Positions 30,501 to 39,871 of a stretch of DNA of 58,680 bases are shown here, piece by piece. A program made the translations under genes and the position numbers. Each line of letters starts with the position of its first letter. Position 1 is the first letter of the stretch. Below the pieces are notes generated by a model. It was not told where the DNA came from, did not search any database, and worked only from the letters and a program-made list of their open reading frames with translations. Source of the stretch: a virus (lineage: Duplodnaviria > Caudoviricetes); IMG/VR virus record IMGVR_UViG_3300036911_000012, positions 1 through 58,680 of that record. One strand, written 5' to 3'.

Positions 30501-30998
30501 AATCTTCGCCGTGGGCGCTACACCCAACGCCTTGGCGATATTCCCGCCATACGCCGTAGGGTCGTTAGCCCCATCCCCAGCGGGAGCCCACTTCTGCGCG
30601 ATGCTGAGTGGCGTGTTTATACCCTGTTGTCCGTACCCCTGCAAGTTCCGGTCGAGCGCCGCCGCGCCATTCTCAGGCGTGTCGAATGTGGCAAATCTAC
30701 CGTTCTTCCCGGTGTACCCCGGCAGCGACTGCGTCCACGCGTTGCTTTCCAAATTGCCGGGGTTGTTTCCTCCCTTGTGGGCCTCGCCGGAACCTGCCCC
30801 CGACTGCAAAAAAGCATCGTGCGCCCGTTGAGCGGCGGCGGCGGGAGTATTTTTGGGGTCGGAGTTGCCGCCGTGCATGAGCCAATCGTAGTATTTGGCT
30901 CGGGACTCGTAAAACTCGCGTTGCATACGCAAGCGTTGCGCGGCCAGAAAGGCGGTCATAAACCCGCCCGCCGCCGACCCGAAAGTATTGAATGCCAT
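27573..30998 (-). CDS. Internal virion protein with lysozyme-like domain
   Basis: NNPGNL...FATFDTPENG...INT..IAQKWAP..ND...Y pattern; Pro/Ala/Gln-rich linkers. Confidence 0.75.
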   Translation of the reverse strand: MAFNTFGSAAGGFMTAFLAAQRLRMQREFYESRAKYYDWLMHGGNSDPKNTPAAAAQRAHDAFLQSGAGSGEAHKGGNNPGNLESNAWTQSLPGYTGKNGRFATFDTPENGAAALDRNLQGYGQQGINTPLSIAQKWAPAGDGANDPTAYGGNIAKALGVAPTAKIDMSDPAVRAKISAAIATTENADGSAGKSFVPIGQAAPVAASAPMALHPATQPLALPPVPPTKPADLTSALPVHDAPPSVPANPTPGAATPQSNPQNTPAVPPIVIPKDHAQADPQVEPQAIPVAQNDQSDQSDVYAAAKGGVVQRMAKGGVVKAFDLGGPTDDESEDAQFDNEANSADYEDARAGGNTGNPELAGVAPPQGTPPALIQPPQGAIPTGAQDQQAAAQGPQVASSNPYLMGGLPRIGAGLGGSGMRMGGGGGPTGRGGRGGTGGPSSYYAGMNHDPSQEPDPETPQIADEHGNLASTAAAAIQGGMSYIAKMLGGAQAQNGAVPTGSLDVMHNHSATPEEMQALRKAEDPTGTLRSDMADIAGLEGMHQWYIQHGMPQEADKAAASILMASRDAAAHHGDEAIKMFYKGDPDGAVKAIVKGYDSVIDGNTVQAKKGPGDNYTVTQLNMQNRAVWQKEVAPQEIMQAALGLKDGTMVWKLYSEAAAKYDPQGAAQAAQMTPADQAALGKLSNWRTNGQAPAQGQPPQAVPVNGPAPPVTPGSSGPQAIPVQAQSGAGAGHAPTPPPSAPPAPAPPPMPQAPAQPPAQAVSLDGSPQPGMADIDPRIVNAHQAQLNQEIAGYKAQILDPALAQRPEPDRTYYDALPANDPRRKIYEQKYKDELNDWNQTVYAPAQKMYGEMVSNAQKGYQDSLTGARQALNMGQTEQFRAAAQKDTQQHSDASAEVRAARDREAAATLESNREKAAATLESNREKAAELRAMVDKPVSPDETTDATNAMFKVFNPTMVDPSGAPTTEAKNAFSEVVPAQNATALRGAIVDVARHNQIDPDEAASAVYKMVAGQSPDGKLPFEATPWMDGVGGRTLITFNDDHVAPITVPTARFKQILAVRSDLSSKIQAKVAAKAERDAKSAADEKAITDARSAVNARDFAAERPGNRTLSRPPGLYVPGGVSGISPMNRPATSAIPTW
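28211..28285. repeat. 33-bp tandem duplication (AAATLESNREK) containing a degenerate motif copy
   Basis: CCGCCGCCTTCTCTCGGTTACTCTCAAGTGTAG twice, plus a partial third copy. Confidence 0.9.
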
Positions 30999-31027
30999 TG
31001 CGGTGTCCCCTTACTCTTGGGAGTAGC

Positions 31028-32137
31028 TTACGCTGCCACGGCCTGTTGCGGGCGAGACACGAACGTAGGCGTTGTGGGTACGGCCTGTTTGGTCTGGCCC
31101 CCCACATCGGTGCGCTGCGAAAACTGCTGTTGCTCTTGGCGGGCCTTGTCGATCTGCACTGCGAAGTGCTTCTGCCCAAGCCAGCCCACAACGTCCTTGG
31201 GCGTGACAAACTCGCCAGCGGTAAGCGCCGCAGGCACGTCGTCGACCGCCTTGCCCTGGGATGGTGACGCGCTCGCGGGCACGCTCCCACCCGGAGTGCC
31301 CCCTGCGGGTATGGCCTGGACAGGACCGCCCTGTGCCAATGTGATCGACCCAAGAATACCGCCAAGCGCCGACCCCAACCCGGCAGCGCCAGTCTGCGAA
31401 GCGGTATACCCTTGCTCCATGGCCGTGTTGAACCCGTTCACGGCGCTAACATCCGTGTTCATGGCGTTCGTGCCAGCGTTGGTAAACGCCGTTGAATTGG
31501 TCGCCGCGTTGGAACCCGCCGTGAGATTGTTCGCCGTCGCCCCCGTAGACGCCGAGCCCGAACCCGTGGATGAATTGTTGAGCGCCGCCGAGTTGCCTGG
31601 GAGTCCTTGCCCCATGGCGACAGCGTTGGCCTCCAGGCCGAGCCCTTGGAGCTTTGTGTTCTGGAGGGCCGTAGTGCCCGCGCCTGCCTCAGCCGCGCCC
31701 GTTGCCGCGTTGTAGCCGTAGTCGAGCCCTGCATAGCGCGTCGAGGTCGGGTCAACTCCGTAACCTTCGAGTTGCGTCTGTGCAGCCTGCTTTTGCGCCG
31801 CCATGCTGTCGGCCACGTTGGCCTCAGCCGCGCCAGAGTTGACGGCGAGCTGATTAGGGCTCGCCCAGTCCTGCGCTTGCTGCGCATACGTTTGTTCAAG
31901 GGGCGCAAACGTACTCGTGTAGAGCTGTTGCTGCTCATTCGAGAAGTTCGTCGCCGAGTTCTGAGCGGCGGCCTCCGCAGAGGTGACTTGGTTGACGAGC
32001 GGCTGCTCTTGGTTCCACTGGGTCTGCGCCCACTGCAACTGGTCTTCGCCCAAATTATAATTGGCCTGTGCGGCGGTAGCCGACGCCTGCGCCGCGATGA
32101 CCGCACTGTTATCGGGAGTCGGTGCGCTCTTGCCCAT
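31028..32137 (-). CDS. Internal virion (DNA ejection/pilot) protein
   Basis: MGKSAP start, Ala/Gln/Asn-rich, DDVPAALTAGEFV motif; follows the GNAT gene as in podoviruses. Confidence 0.7.
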   Translation of the reverse strand: MGKSAPTPDNSAVIAAQASATAAQANYNLGEDQLQWAQTQWNQEQPLVNQVTSAEAAAQNSATNFSNEQQQLYTSTFAPLEQTYAQQAQDWASPNQLAVNSGAAEANVADSMAAQKQAAQTQLEGYGVDPTSTRYAGLDYGYNAATGAAEAGAGTTALQNTKLQGLGLEANAVAMGQGLPGNSAALNNSSTGSGSASTGATANNLTAGSNAATNSTAFTNAGTNAMNTDVSAVNGFNTAMEQGYTASQTGAAGLGSALGGILGSITLAQGGPVQAIPAGGTPGGSVPASASPSQGKAVDDVPAALTAGEFVTPKDVVGWLGQKHFAVQIDKARQEQQQFSQRTDVGGQTKQAVPTTPTFVSRPQQAVAA

Positions 32138-32570
32138 AGTTACTCTCAGGAGTCAGAGGAGGCCGCATACGGAGGTATTTGCAATCATCCCGATACATGC
32201 CAAGTACGAGCATGTCCCCATCGGGAAACACATCTGTTACTCGGCACTCTAGCACGAACCCAAGCCCAAAAGCAAGCCCCAAAGAGGGCTCATTGGTTGT
32301 AGGGATCGTGAGGATGAGTTTGCGTACGTCGAGCTTCACGAAGGGGTAATCGAACGTATGCCACAGTAACTCGCGATTGAGCCAGTTGGGGCGGAAAGAC
32401 GCCACATGGAGCTGCATGCTGGCAACGTTATAATCTGTAAAAAGTACCCCGCCCAGCAGCACATCATCACGTCCGTACCGTGCAACGCACTGGTGGTGGC
32501 TATTGACGAATGGGACCTTCGTGGCTTTGGATATTAGGTTTATTGCGTGGGGGTCGTTAAACCGGAGCAT
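32109..32570 (-). CDS. GNAT-family acetyltransferase-like protein (DUF2824-like)
   Basis: GGVLF.DY, FDYPF..L.V.K, N..SL.L...LGF..E, D...LGM....C. Confidence 0.75.
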   Translation of the reverse strand: MLRFNDPHAINLISKATKVPFVNSHHQCVARYGRDDVLLGGVLFTDYNVASMQLHVASFRPNWLNRELLWHTFDYPFVKLDVRKLILTIPTTNEPSLGLAFGLGFVLECRVTDVFPDGDMLVLGMYRDDCKYLRMRPPLTPESNYGQERTDSR

Positions 32571-32573
32571 ATG

Positions 32574-33092
32574 TTATCTCATAAGCGCGAAAGCGACTAT
32601 GGACACATCGTTGAGATATGTCGGCCCTGTAGAAAACACCGCCCGAGCTGTAAACGTATGCACGCCAGCCGACAGCGCGGGAGCTAAGCAGAACCCTGTC
32701 GCCGGTATCACATTACCCCCTACCGAGCTAAGCGGTATCGCATTTACAGGTGAGCCGTCCACATAAATAACCAGCTCCCCCGTGCCGGCAGGTGTGGCGT
32801 CAGTCGTGCCAGTATACGACGCTATGGCGATGACGTCTCCACTTACTCCGAGAGTAAGCGTGCAAGCCGCAGTGGATGTCGCGGACACTTGTCCGCCGTC
32901 ATCGGTGACGGCGTGTTGGGCGATGTTATTACTAGCGACCGCCCCCGAACCTACCGACAGTGTTTGGGGGGTACTGGATTGTGCGTTGATCGACAGGAGG
33001 CGCACGACTTGGATTATCGCCTCAACCGAGGTCAACAACTGGGGCAGTGTATTCCCAGGAGCGGGAATGGATGGGTACGGAGTGCGCGCCAT
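32574..33092 (-). CDS. Hypothetical virion protein
   Basis: ORF tightly tiled in the tail module. Confidence 0.65.
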   Translation of the reverse strand: MARTPYPSIPAPGNTLPQLLTSVEAIIQVVRLLSINAQSSTPQTLSVGSGAVASNNIAQHAVTDDGGQVSATSTAACTLTLGVSGDVIAIASYTGTTDATPAGTGELVIYVDGSPVNAIPLSSVGGNVIPATGFCLAPALSAGVHTFTARAVFSTGPTYLNDVSIVAFALMR

Positions 33093-33093
33093 A

Positions 33094-34905
33094 CTACACC
33101 TTGCGCAGTGTTTTTACAGAGCTGCCAAATTGCGCATATTTGATCTCCACCTGCCCCTCAAATTGAAACGACCAATACATGGCCTTGAACCCTCCAGGGA
33201 ACAACACCAACTCGCCAGAAGACTGTATCTCGCGCACAAGCACCTCAACACCATCCGCGAATACTCTCAGGAGTAAGTATTGCTTGGTGGGGTCAAACGT
33301 CTGCGTCTGGCTCGTGTTCCTAGTAGCCGGGGTAGGCGTCGGGATTGTCACACCCGGAGGGATGTCAAAATGCACTATAGCTGCCGCAAACTGCTGCGGG
33401 AACGGAAACCTGTAGTCCTTAGACCGCCAAATATATGGAAGCTCTACCGCTGATGTTTCCGGGTTCCATTGATATACATTCCCATTGGCAATAAAAAACA
33501 ACTGCCCAGATAGCTCGTCATTGTACATGTTGACGACTGGGTTTGGAAGCTCTAGCCATGAAAACGGCGTGTTGAGTTTAGCGGGCATATATGTGGCAAG
33601 CGCATACGCACCGTGGTCAATTATAAGCCCATTTTCTGCAAGGTTACTATTTTTTATGACCGCGACATACGCCATGGAATACTTGCCTGCGGCGTGGTCG
33701 TACGGGTCCGTGCCTATCCAATCCTCTTTCTGCAAAATATTCTGGGTGACACTCGACGTACCCGAGCTGTTGGCGAGGATCAACCCATTCGGAGACGCAT
33801 AGTACACCCCCTCGCCTGCGGCCACAATGGACCCACGCGATATGCACGGTTCATTGGCGGCAAGGGAGCCGAGAGTCATGGTTCCGGGTGTAACGCCGGT
33901 AGCGATCGACGGAGGCCCTTCGGTCAGAATAACAAGCGAAGACCCGACTGCTCCGAGTCCAACAATGGGGTACGGCACCGTCAGCGCGTACGTGGCAGGC
34001 CACGCATGCGGCTGGTATGCCTCGGAGAACCAGATTTCTTTCTGGTTAGCCCACCCCGCCATGATGCCATTAGCCATCTGCACCACACCCTGCAAATCGC
34101 TAGGCGGGGGCGTCCAAGCAGCGCTGGGAAGTTGCACGTTGTTGGTTATAGCGGCGTCCAGTGCGGAGTCCGCATACGCAGTCACCGAGATGGGGACGTT
34201 AGCAACCAGATAATACGAAGTGTTGCCCGATGAGTCCGTCACAGTGCGATATATGTTCGCGCTTGTAATGTCCCGGTTTAATAGATCGACGGGGAGCGGG
34301 GGCGTAAGTGTAACCCCCCATGTGCCAACAGATGCCCCCATAGGCGTAAGCGTCGGAGGACTCGGAGGTCCCTCCTCGAAAAAATTATTAACCCACGTAT
34401 ACACGTAGGTCCGTGCCTCGTCCGTACCTACGGCAGGGGCGATACCAGGAGCTGTTTCTGGAGCTGGCACCCCGAGCAGCCACCCTTGGGCGGAGGTGCC
34501 TTGCCCAGGCGCACCCGTTTGTGGGGCGATTGATTTTAGATTGGCGAGAGTGTTAAAATACGCTCCACCAGTGGACGGAAAGAAGTAATACCGCCCGTAT
34601 TGATCTTCAATCATCGGGGCGCGCAACGCCGAAATGTATTGGTCGGGAAACTCAAACCAATATGAAGTGCTAAAATTCTGCTTTACATCCGTAGTGGACG
34701 GTATGCGGTATATTTGCTTGGCAGCCCCGCTCACTAGTGCGTATACACTGGCGCTATTGCGGAAGCCGCGCACCGTGCCACGGTATAGGAACGCGTTCAC
34801 GCAATACTGCGAGTACCCGTCGTCAAGCAACGAGGGCGCTCGCAGCGGAACCATGCCGCTGAAATTGGATATGGCGATGGCGACGCCACCAGGATCAGCG
34901 GCCAT
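33094..34905 (-). CDS. Tail tube/nozzle (stabilization) protein
   Basis: RTYVYTWVN...EEGPPSPP, FSEAYQPHAWP, YYASPNGL, WRSK motifs typical of podovirus nozzle proteins. Confidence 0.75.
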   Translation of the reverse strand: MAADPGGVAIAISNFSGMVPLRAPSLLDDGYSQYCVNAFLYRGTVRGFRNSASVYALVSGAAKQIYRIPSTTDVKQNFSTSYWFEFPDQYISALRAPMIEDQYGRYYFFPSTGGAYFNTLANLKSIAPQTGAPGQGTSAQGWLLGVPAPETAPGIAPAVGTDEARTYVYTWVNNFFEEGPPSPPTLTPMGASVGTWGVTLTPPLPVDLLNRDITSANIYRTVTDSSGNTSYYLVANVPISVTAYADSALDAAITNNVQLPSAAWTPPPSDLQGVVQMANGIMAGWANQKEIWFSEAYQPHAWPATYALTVPYPIVGLGAVGSSLVILTEGPPSIATGVTPGTMTLGSLAANEPCISRGSIVAAGEGVYYASPNGLILANSSGTSSVTQNILQKEDWIGTDPYDHAAGKYSMAYVAVIKNSNLAENGLIIDHGAYALATYMPAKLNTPFSWLELPNPVVNMYNDELSGQLFFIANGNVYQWNPETSAVELPYIWRSKDYRFPFPQQFAAAIVHFDIPPGVTIPTPTPATRNTSQTQTFDPTKQYLLLRVFADGVEVLVREIQSSGELVLFPGGFKAMYWSFQFEGQVEIKYAQFGSSVKTLRKV

Positions 34906-34908
34906 AAC

Positions 34909-35391
34909 TCAGAAACGCCGGTCGTGGCGGTTGGGGAAATTCGGGTTGGGAGCCATCGATTCATTCTCTGCTTCGGGCGTGCGCATGGGAGGACGCGTCG
35001 AGCGAGCTACGTGATGCGCCACCATCTTACGGCCCAACGCATGCTCGTGCGACGAGCTTGCCTTGGCGGCCTCTATGGCCGCCCGCCCGGCCAATATCTC
35101 AGCGCGAGACGCTTCGGGAAGATGCGCAAATTCGTCGGCGTCTTCGGAGGGGGGTTCGATCTCGGTAAGCGGCTGCGCAACACCAGGGATGACAAGCTGC
35201 ACGCCCTCATTGACTTCGGACACGCCAACTTCCGGGGCCGGATGCGCGGGGGGCTGCTCAAACGCAAACGTCTCGTCGACGCCAGCGCCAAGCTCGTCAT
35301 CTTCTGGGGGGTTACTCGCTGGAGTAGGACGTACGCCACGGTGAGGCGGGGTGGGGGCACGGCGCAGTACAACTTTCGATGGGACGATCAT
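34909..35391 (-). CDS. Hypothetical protein
   Basis: AGGAG RBS; tiled ORF. Confidence 0.6.
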   Translation of the reverse strand: MIVPSKVVLRRAPTPPHRGVRPTPASNPPEDDELGAGVDETFAFEQPPAHPAPEVGVSEVNEGVQLVIPGVAQPLTEIEPPSEDADEFAHLPEASRAEILAGRAAIEAAKASSSHEHALGRKMVAHHVARSTRPPMRTPEAENESMAPNPNFPNRHDRRF

Positions 35392-35420
35392 GGATATCTC
35401 CTAGGGTTCCTGTGCCCCCA

Positions 35421-36017
35421 CTATACCACACTATTCGGCGCATACCAAGTGGGTAGCCCATATGACGCTTGCGCCGGCCACACACCGCCCGCCTGGGGGC
35501 CGTAGAGTGCTTGGGTATACGGGTCCAGGAAGTAGTCTCCTGGCTGCCCTAGGCCCTCCCAAGGCTGCCCTTCCCCTATCCAGCATGAAGGCAAGGGGGC
35601 CACCCCAGACGGCTCGCCTATGGGGTATCCCCCAGCGGGTGCGCTATTGGCATTGGCCGCCACGTTCAGATATAGCGTGTCTGTCCGTGTACGGCCTCCG
35701 CTTGTAGTGATCCCAGCAGCAAACGCGTACGTGCCCCCCGCCAAACCTGCGGACACGTTGAACACGGCCATAGCAGCGGGCGCACCCTCATTGCTGGAAA
35801 CAATGGCCCCCATATCGGCCACTATGGCCGGGACCGTGACGGGTGTCATGGCCAGCGTTGCTCCCGTCAGGGTCTCCCCGGCAGCGAGCCAGCGACTGTA
35901 ATCAAGCACGAGATTGAGTACGTCAGATTGCAGCTTGAACGCCGCGTTGAGGGGCATCCCCGCCACACCCGTAATGCCGTACGTGAGCTTGAGATCGTAG
36001 GGTGCGTTAGAGCCCAT
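35421..36017 (-). CDS. Putative fibre-tail adaptor
   Basis: DVLNLVLDYSRWLAAGETL...TTSGGRT pattern; TAATG overlap with the upstream gene. Confidence 0.6.
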   Translation of the reverse strand: MGSNAPYDLKLTYGITGVAGMPLNAAFKLQSDVLNLVLDYSRWLAAGETLTGATLAMTPVTVPAIVADMGAIVSSNEGAPAAMAVFNVSAGLAGGTYAFAAGITTSGGRTRTDTLYLNVAANANSAPAGGYPIGEPSGVAPLPSCWIGEGQPWEGLGQPGDYFLDPYTQALYGPQAGGVWPAQASYGLPTWYAPNSVV

Positions 36018-36841
36018 TAGACCGACCTCTGAGTACGCGCCCTGAACTGTTGGGGATACGCCCAACGCTGGCCGCCATAGTTCGCCCCATGGCGAGCATC
36101 GAGCCTAGCCGCTGAAACCCCCGACATATATTTGCGTCCGTGGTACGCCGCCGCCTCTTTGTTGGTGTACGGCTTGCCTGGATGGACCATTACTCTTGAG
36201 AGTAGCCCACTCGTAATGGCGTCCTGGTATTTCTGCACAATCCAATCCGGTACAAACGGCAAGCCGTCACCATCCGTAGGGTCGCTGACGGTCAGCGCAA
36301 CATCTGCGATCCATAACTCTGGGGACGCGGGCAGATCGAACACTCGTAATATGGCATCGGGGCCGCCAGAGGCGATGAGCGCTCCACGGCGGGGGGACTT
36401 TTCCATGACTGCACGATTGTACGCCGTGGGGGTGTATTGCGCAGCGTATGCAGCCTGAGACGCCGAAGTGCTCAAATCCGCATTGACGTCATTGTTGAAG
36501 TCGCCACTCGCCTGCCCAGTGGGGTTCGCAACTACCGTACCGGGCGCAGGTGGTGACGCCTCTACTACCGGCGTGCCAAATTCTGAGGTGACAGGGATGA
36601 AAGGAGAATTTGGTCTGCCCAGCCCCATGAGCATGAAAACTACGCCCTTGGAGTCCGTCACCAAGTCATAGTCATAGCAGTTGGGGTCGATATAGATGTT
36701 CAGAAATTCTTTCCAGATTGTCGTCTGCGATAGGAAATCTTTCATGGTGTTAAAAAATTCCAGGCGCATGGTCCCATCGAGCGCGCCCGAAGCATTGACG
36801 CGCGCCGTGTCCAGTATGCGCATTACTGTAGGAGAGGCCAT
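36017..36841 (-). CDS. Putative head-tail adaptor / tail tubular protein
   Basis: Position after the capsid gene; Y.DAI..G.L.R.M..PGKPYTN pattern. Confidence 0.65.
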   Translation of the reverse strand: MASPTVMRILDTARVNASGALDGTMRLEFFNTMKDFLSQTTIWKEFLNIYIDPNCYDYDLVTDSKGVVFMLMGLGRPNSPFIPVTSEFGTPVVEASPPAPGTVVANPTGQASGDFNNDVNADLSTSASQAAYAAQYTPTAYNRAVMEKSPRRGALIASGGPDAILRVFDLPASPELWIADVALTVSDPTDGDGLPFVPDWIVQKYQDAITSGLLSRVMVHPGKPYTNKEAAAYHGRKYMSGVSAARLDARHGANYGGQRWAYPQQFRARTQRSV

Positions 36842-37224
36842 TATGGAGCCCCCATGGCGGCTTTGAACATACTCATGAACGCCACACCGCGTGCGTCCGT
36901 CGTATCCTCAACATCGATCATCTGGGTAAACCCGGCGATATAGAATGTCACCGCCATCTTGTACTGCGGCCCCACGGGAACGATTTGCGTCTCGGTCGCG
37001 CTTGTAAACATCGGGGGCACGTTATCGGTAATATTATACGCCGGGTTCAGCCGGGTCTGATATTTGCTATCCATAAGAATATCAGGGCGCAGCCTAGAAA
37101 TTTCCAGCATGGCAGCGTTTATCGATGTCAAGAGGACATCGTCGGTGTACCTGTACGGGGGCACCGTGTCTTGTAGAAGCGTTCGGGCCTCGCCCATGTA
37201 GTCGCTTACCAGAAACAACTGCAT
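36841..37224 (-). CDS. Putative head-tail connector
   Basis: ARTLLQD...RYTD..LL..IN.A..EI..LRPD pattern; directly after the capsid gene. Confidence 0.6.
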   Translation of the reverse strand: MQLFLVSDYMGEARTLLQDTVPPYRYTDDVLLTSINAAMLEISRLRPDILMDSKYQTRLNPAYNITDNVPPMFTSATETQIVPVGPQYKMAVTFYIAGFTQMIDVEDTTDARGVAFMSMFKAAMGAP

Positions 37225-37282
37225 AGCGAGGCCCGTCCTACTCTCAGAAGTAACCCGCGCCTACTACTTACGCGACAAACGC

Positions 37283-38287
37283 TTACGCGCCGCCCTGCGT
37301 AATGACCGCCTGCGCGAGGGCTTTGCTGTCGAGAATCTGCCGTCCGTAGATTTGGAGGCCGCGGAAAATCTGGCCGAAGGTGCGCTCCGAACGAATCGTC
37401 TCCACGTTGGTCATCTGGCTCGCGAAGGTGAGCGCGTGGGGGTGGCCCGCGTAGATCGGGAAACAACCCGCCGCCAAACCGCCCGCAACACCGTTGGGGA
37501 GCAAGTTGCTGGCGTAGATCGTGAACCGATCCACCTGCCCAAAACGCCCATTGCGCAGAATGGTAACTTGGTCGCCGGACAGGAACACTTGGCGCAACTC
37601 GGAACGCTTGATCTGGAACGTCGCCCAGGTGGGCATGACGACCCAGCGGCCCGTCTCCGGGATATTCAGCTCGTCGAGCGCCTGCCCAAGACGAAGTAGC
37701 ACGTCCACGATCTCGACCTGCCCCGTACCGGGGTTGCGGCCGACAGTCGCCACAGGCGAAGCACTCGTGCCGAGATTGATGTTGCCTGAAATCGCACCCG
37801 CCGTCAGACCCTGGTTGGACGCGTTAGCGCCGCCGAGCATGAAGCTGAGAACGTCAGTATCCACCGCGATCTTCATCTGCTCCGACGCGTCGTCAGCCCA
37901 CATGGAGAGCTGGTTGATATCGGACTGCTTCTCGATGATATCGTCGAGGATCATCGAGAAATACTTTGCTTGACTGATCGTCAGCTCGATATTGCCACCC
38001 ATCGGACGGTCAAGCGTCAAGTCGCCGTCGACCAAATAGTTGTTGATGACGATGGTCGGCTTGGTGCGGATTTTCACCCGATCACCGTGCGACTTGATCT
38101 CGCCCTCGTAGTCGGTATTCGAGATAGCCGCGAGAACCGTCGCCGCGTAGAATTTTTCGATCAGTTTACCCGACCAGATTTCAGGAATAAACCCGCCAGT
38201 CTGGTAATCGGGAGCGGGGGAGCCCGCAGGATACAGTACCGGGCTAGTTCCAGCGCCCGCAATTCCGATGCCCGTAGTCATTTGCAC
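37283..38287 (-). CDS. Major capsid protein
   Basis: FIPEIWSGKL, NTDYEGEI...GD.VKI, GRWVV, NGRFG.VDRF.IY.SN, RGLQIYG. Confidence 0.9.
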   Translation of the reverse strand: MQMTTGIGIAGAGTSPVLYPAGSPAPDYQTGGFIPEIWSGKLIEKFYAATVLAAISNTDYEGEIKSHGDRVKIRTKPTIVINNYLVDGDLTLDRPMGGNIELTISQAKYFSMILDDIIEKQSDINQLSMWADDASEQMKIAVDTDVLSFMLGGANASNQGLTAGAISGNINLGTSASPVATVGRNPGTGQVEIVDVLLRLGQALDELNIPETGRWVVMPTWATFQIKRSELRQVFLSGDQVTILRNGRFGQVDRFTIYASNLLPNGVAGGLAAGCFPIYAGHPHALTFASQMTNVETIRSERTFGQIFRGLQIYGRQILDSKALAQAVITQGGA

Positions 38288-38306
38288 ACCTCAGAGAGCA
38301 GCCTAG

Positions 38307-39323
38307 TTATTGTATGCGCCCCTCAGCACTGGCCTGCAAGATTGCTTTTTCGATGGCCAGCTTCTCCGCGTCGCGTCCAGCATATGCGCCCTGGTTTACG
38401 GCTCGGTAGAAGTCTCTGATTTGCGCACGGGTAATCACTGGCTTCTCAGCGGGGGGAGGAGTGCCGCCCGTCTGTCTAGCTCGGCCCGGAGCTGCCAAGG
38501 ACTCCAAGGAAACTTTGGGGGCTTCAGCGCCCGAAATTTCACTCGCAGTTCCCGCAGGACGAGGGGTCGCCTCATTAGCGAGGAAGCCTTTGAAGAACGC
38601 AAGCACCCGCGAAGTCTGGTTTTGCGCGAACGCCTGGGTTAACAACGAGTGACGTATAGCACCAGAATACTCGTCTGGCAAGCCCAGCCACGAAATAAAA
38701 TTCTGGTCGTTGTTTTGGACCCGCCAAGACGGCAGCGCCGCGTCGAGGTCCGCAAACATTTTCTGTCTCGCGTCCTGCACAATGACATTCGAGACGCCCC
38801 CGATTTGACGTTTCAGACCCTCGATCTCGGCCTTGAGCGTCTGCACTTCAGGGGACAGAACTTCCTTGGCGCGGCGACCGATAACGTCGATCATTTCCGC
38901 GCCGTACTCCGTCTCTTCAACGGGGGTAATGAGTCGGGCCTGCGGGGCGGTAGGTTCGGGCTGCGAGGGCGCGGCCTGCATGGTCGCAAAAAGCCGCTCG
39001 ACTTCGGCCAACCGCGTGCGCAGAGCATTCGCATTACGCTGCTCGGCGTCGAACCGGCCCTTCATCGAGAGATATTCGTTGGTCTCTTGGACCCTACTCG
39101 TAGAAGTAACCTCGGGCGCTGTATGCGCTGTGGGGGTTGTGGGGGTTATGGGAGCCGGAACGGGGGGCGCTACGGTAATGGGAACTGGCGCAGGCTTGGG
39201 AGCCGCCTGGAGCGAGGCTTTCTTGGCAGCCTGCTCGGCCACAAGAGCCGCCACCCGGTCTGCGTTGCGCTTGACAGCGGGGGGCACTACAGTGTTCGTC
39301 TCTAACTCTTGGGCAGTCGCCAT
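38307..39323 (-). CDS. Capsid scaffolding protein
   Basis: Upstream of the capsid gene; helical, F.SWL...D motif, C-terminal A.AEGRI. Confidence 0.75.
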   Translation of the reverse strand: MATAQELETNTVVPPAVKRNADRVAALVAEQAAKKASLQAAPKPAPVPITVAPPVPAPITPTTPTAHTAPEVTSTSRVQETNEYLSMKGRFDAEQRNANALRTRLAEVERLFATMQAAPSQPEPTAPQARLITPVEETEYGAEMIDVIGRRAKEVLSPEVQTLKAEIEGLKRQIGGVSNVIVQDARQKMFADLDAALPSWRVQNNDQNFISWLGLPDEYSGAIRHSLLTQAFAQNQTSRVLAFFKGFLANEATPRPAGTASEISGAEAPKVSLESLAAPGRARQTGGTPPPAEKPVITRAQIRDFYRAVNQGAYAGRDAEKLAIEKAILQASAEGRIQ

Positions 39324-39368
39324 TTCATGTCTCCATCTGCGCGTGGTTTTTACGGCACGGGCGGGGGT

Positions 39369-39623
39369 TTATTTTACGCGTTTGTTTTCGCGTTCTTCTA
39401 TCTTGCGGTACGTGGCCTCAAGGTTTCGGAAATCGTCACGAAGGGACATGAGTGCCTGCGCTTTGCCGTGGGCGACAAGTGCGTCAGGGACAGGGGCCTT
39501 GATGGCGTCCTCGAATTGCTTGGCGGCGTACAACTCAAAAGCGTTCTGGAACTCATTCCAAAGAGGCGTCGAGACCCGCGAGAGTCTGAACGCCTCCACT
39601 ACGAATTTTTCCTGCGGGGTCAT
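39369..39623 (-). CDS. Hypothetical protein
   Basis: Tiled ORF upstream of the scaffold gene, GAGG RBS. Confidence 0.65.
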   Translation of the reverse strand: MTPQEKFVVEAFRLSRVSTPLWNEFQNAFELYAAKQFEDAIKAPVPDALVAHGKAQALMSLRDDFRNLEATYRKIEERENKRVK

Positions 39624-39632
39624 GCCTCGCTC

Positions 39633-39860
39633 CTACGCGCCAAACACGATGCGGCGAGCAGCGGCGTCCGAAGTATCCGGGAACGGATCGGGCGGAGCGT
39701 TGTGGGCGGCCTTGCCGTACTCGCGCTCGAACCGACGCTGCATGAGCGAGCCGCCCGTCATAGTAATAAACGCCGAACCCGTTGGAAGCGACTCTCGCTT
39801 GCAGCCGATACCGCCCTCGGGGCAATCATGCCCCCCGGAGGGGTCTTTGGGGTTGCTCAT
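39633..39860 (-). CDS. Hypothetical protein
   Basis: ATG at 39860 after GGAGGA. Confidence 0.55.
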   Translation of the reverse strand: MSNPKDPSGGHDCPEGGIGCKRESLPTGSAFITMTGGSLMQRRFEREYGKAAHNAPPDPFPDTSDAAARRIVFGA

Positions 39861-39871
39861 AGGGTCCTCCG

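Noticed and set aside
28425-31715. Long plus-strand ORFs (516 aa and 519 aa) and similar antisense ORFs elsewhere
   Set aside because: They lie antisense to well-supported genes in GC-rich DNA and show no recognisable motifs
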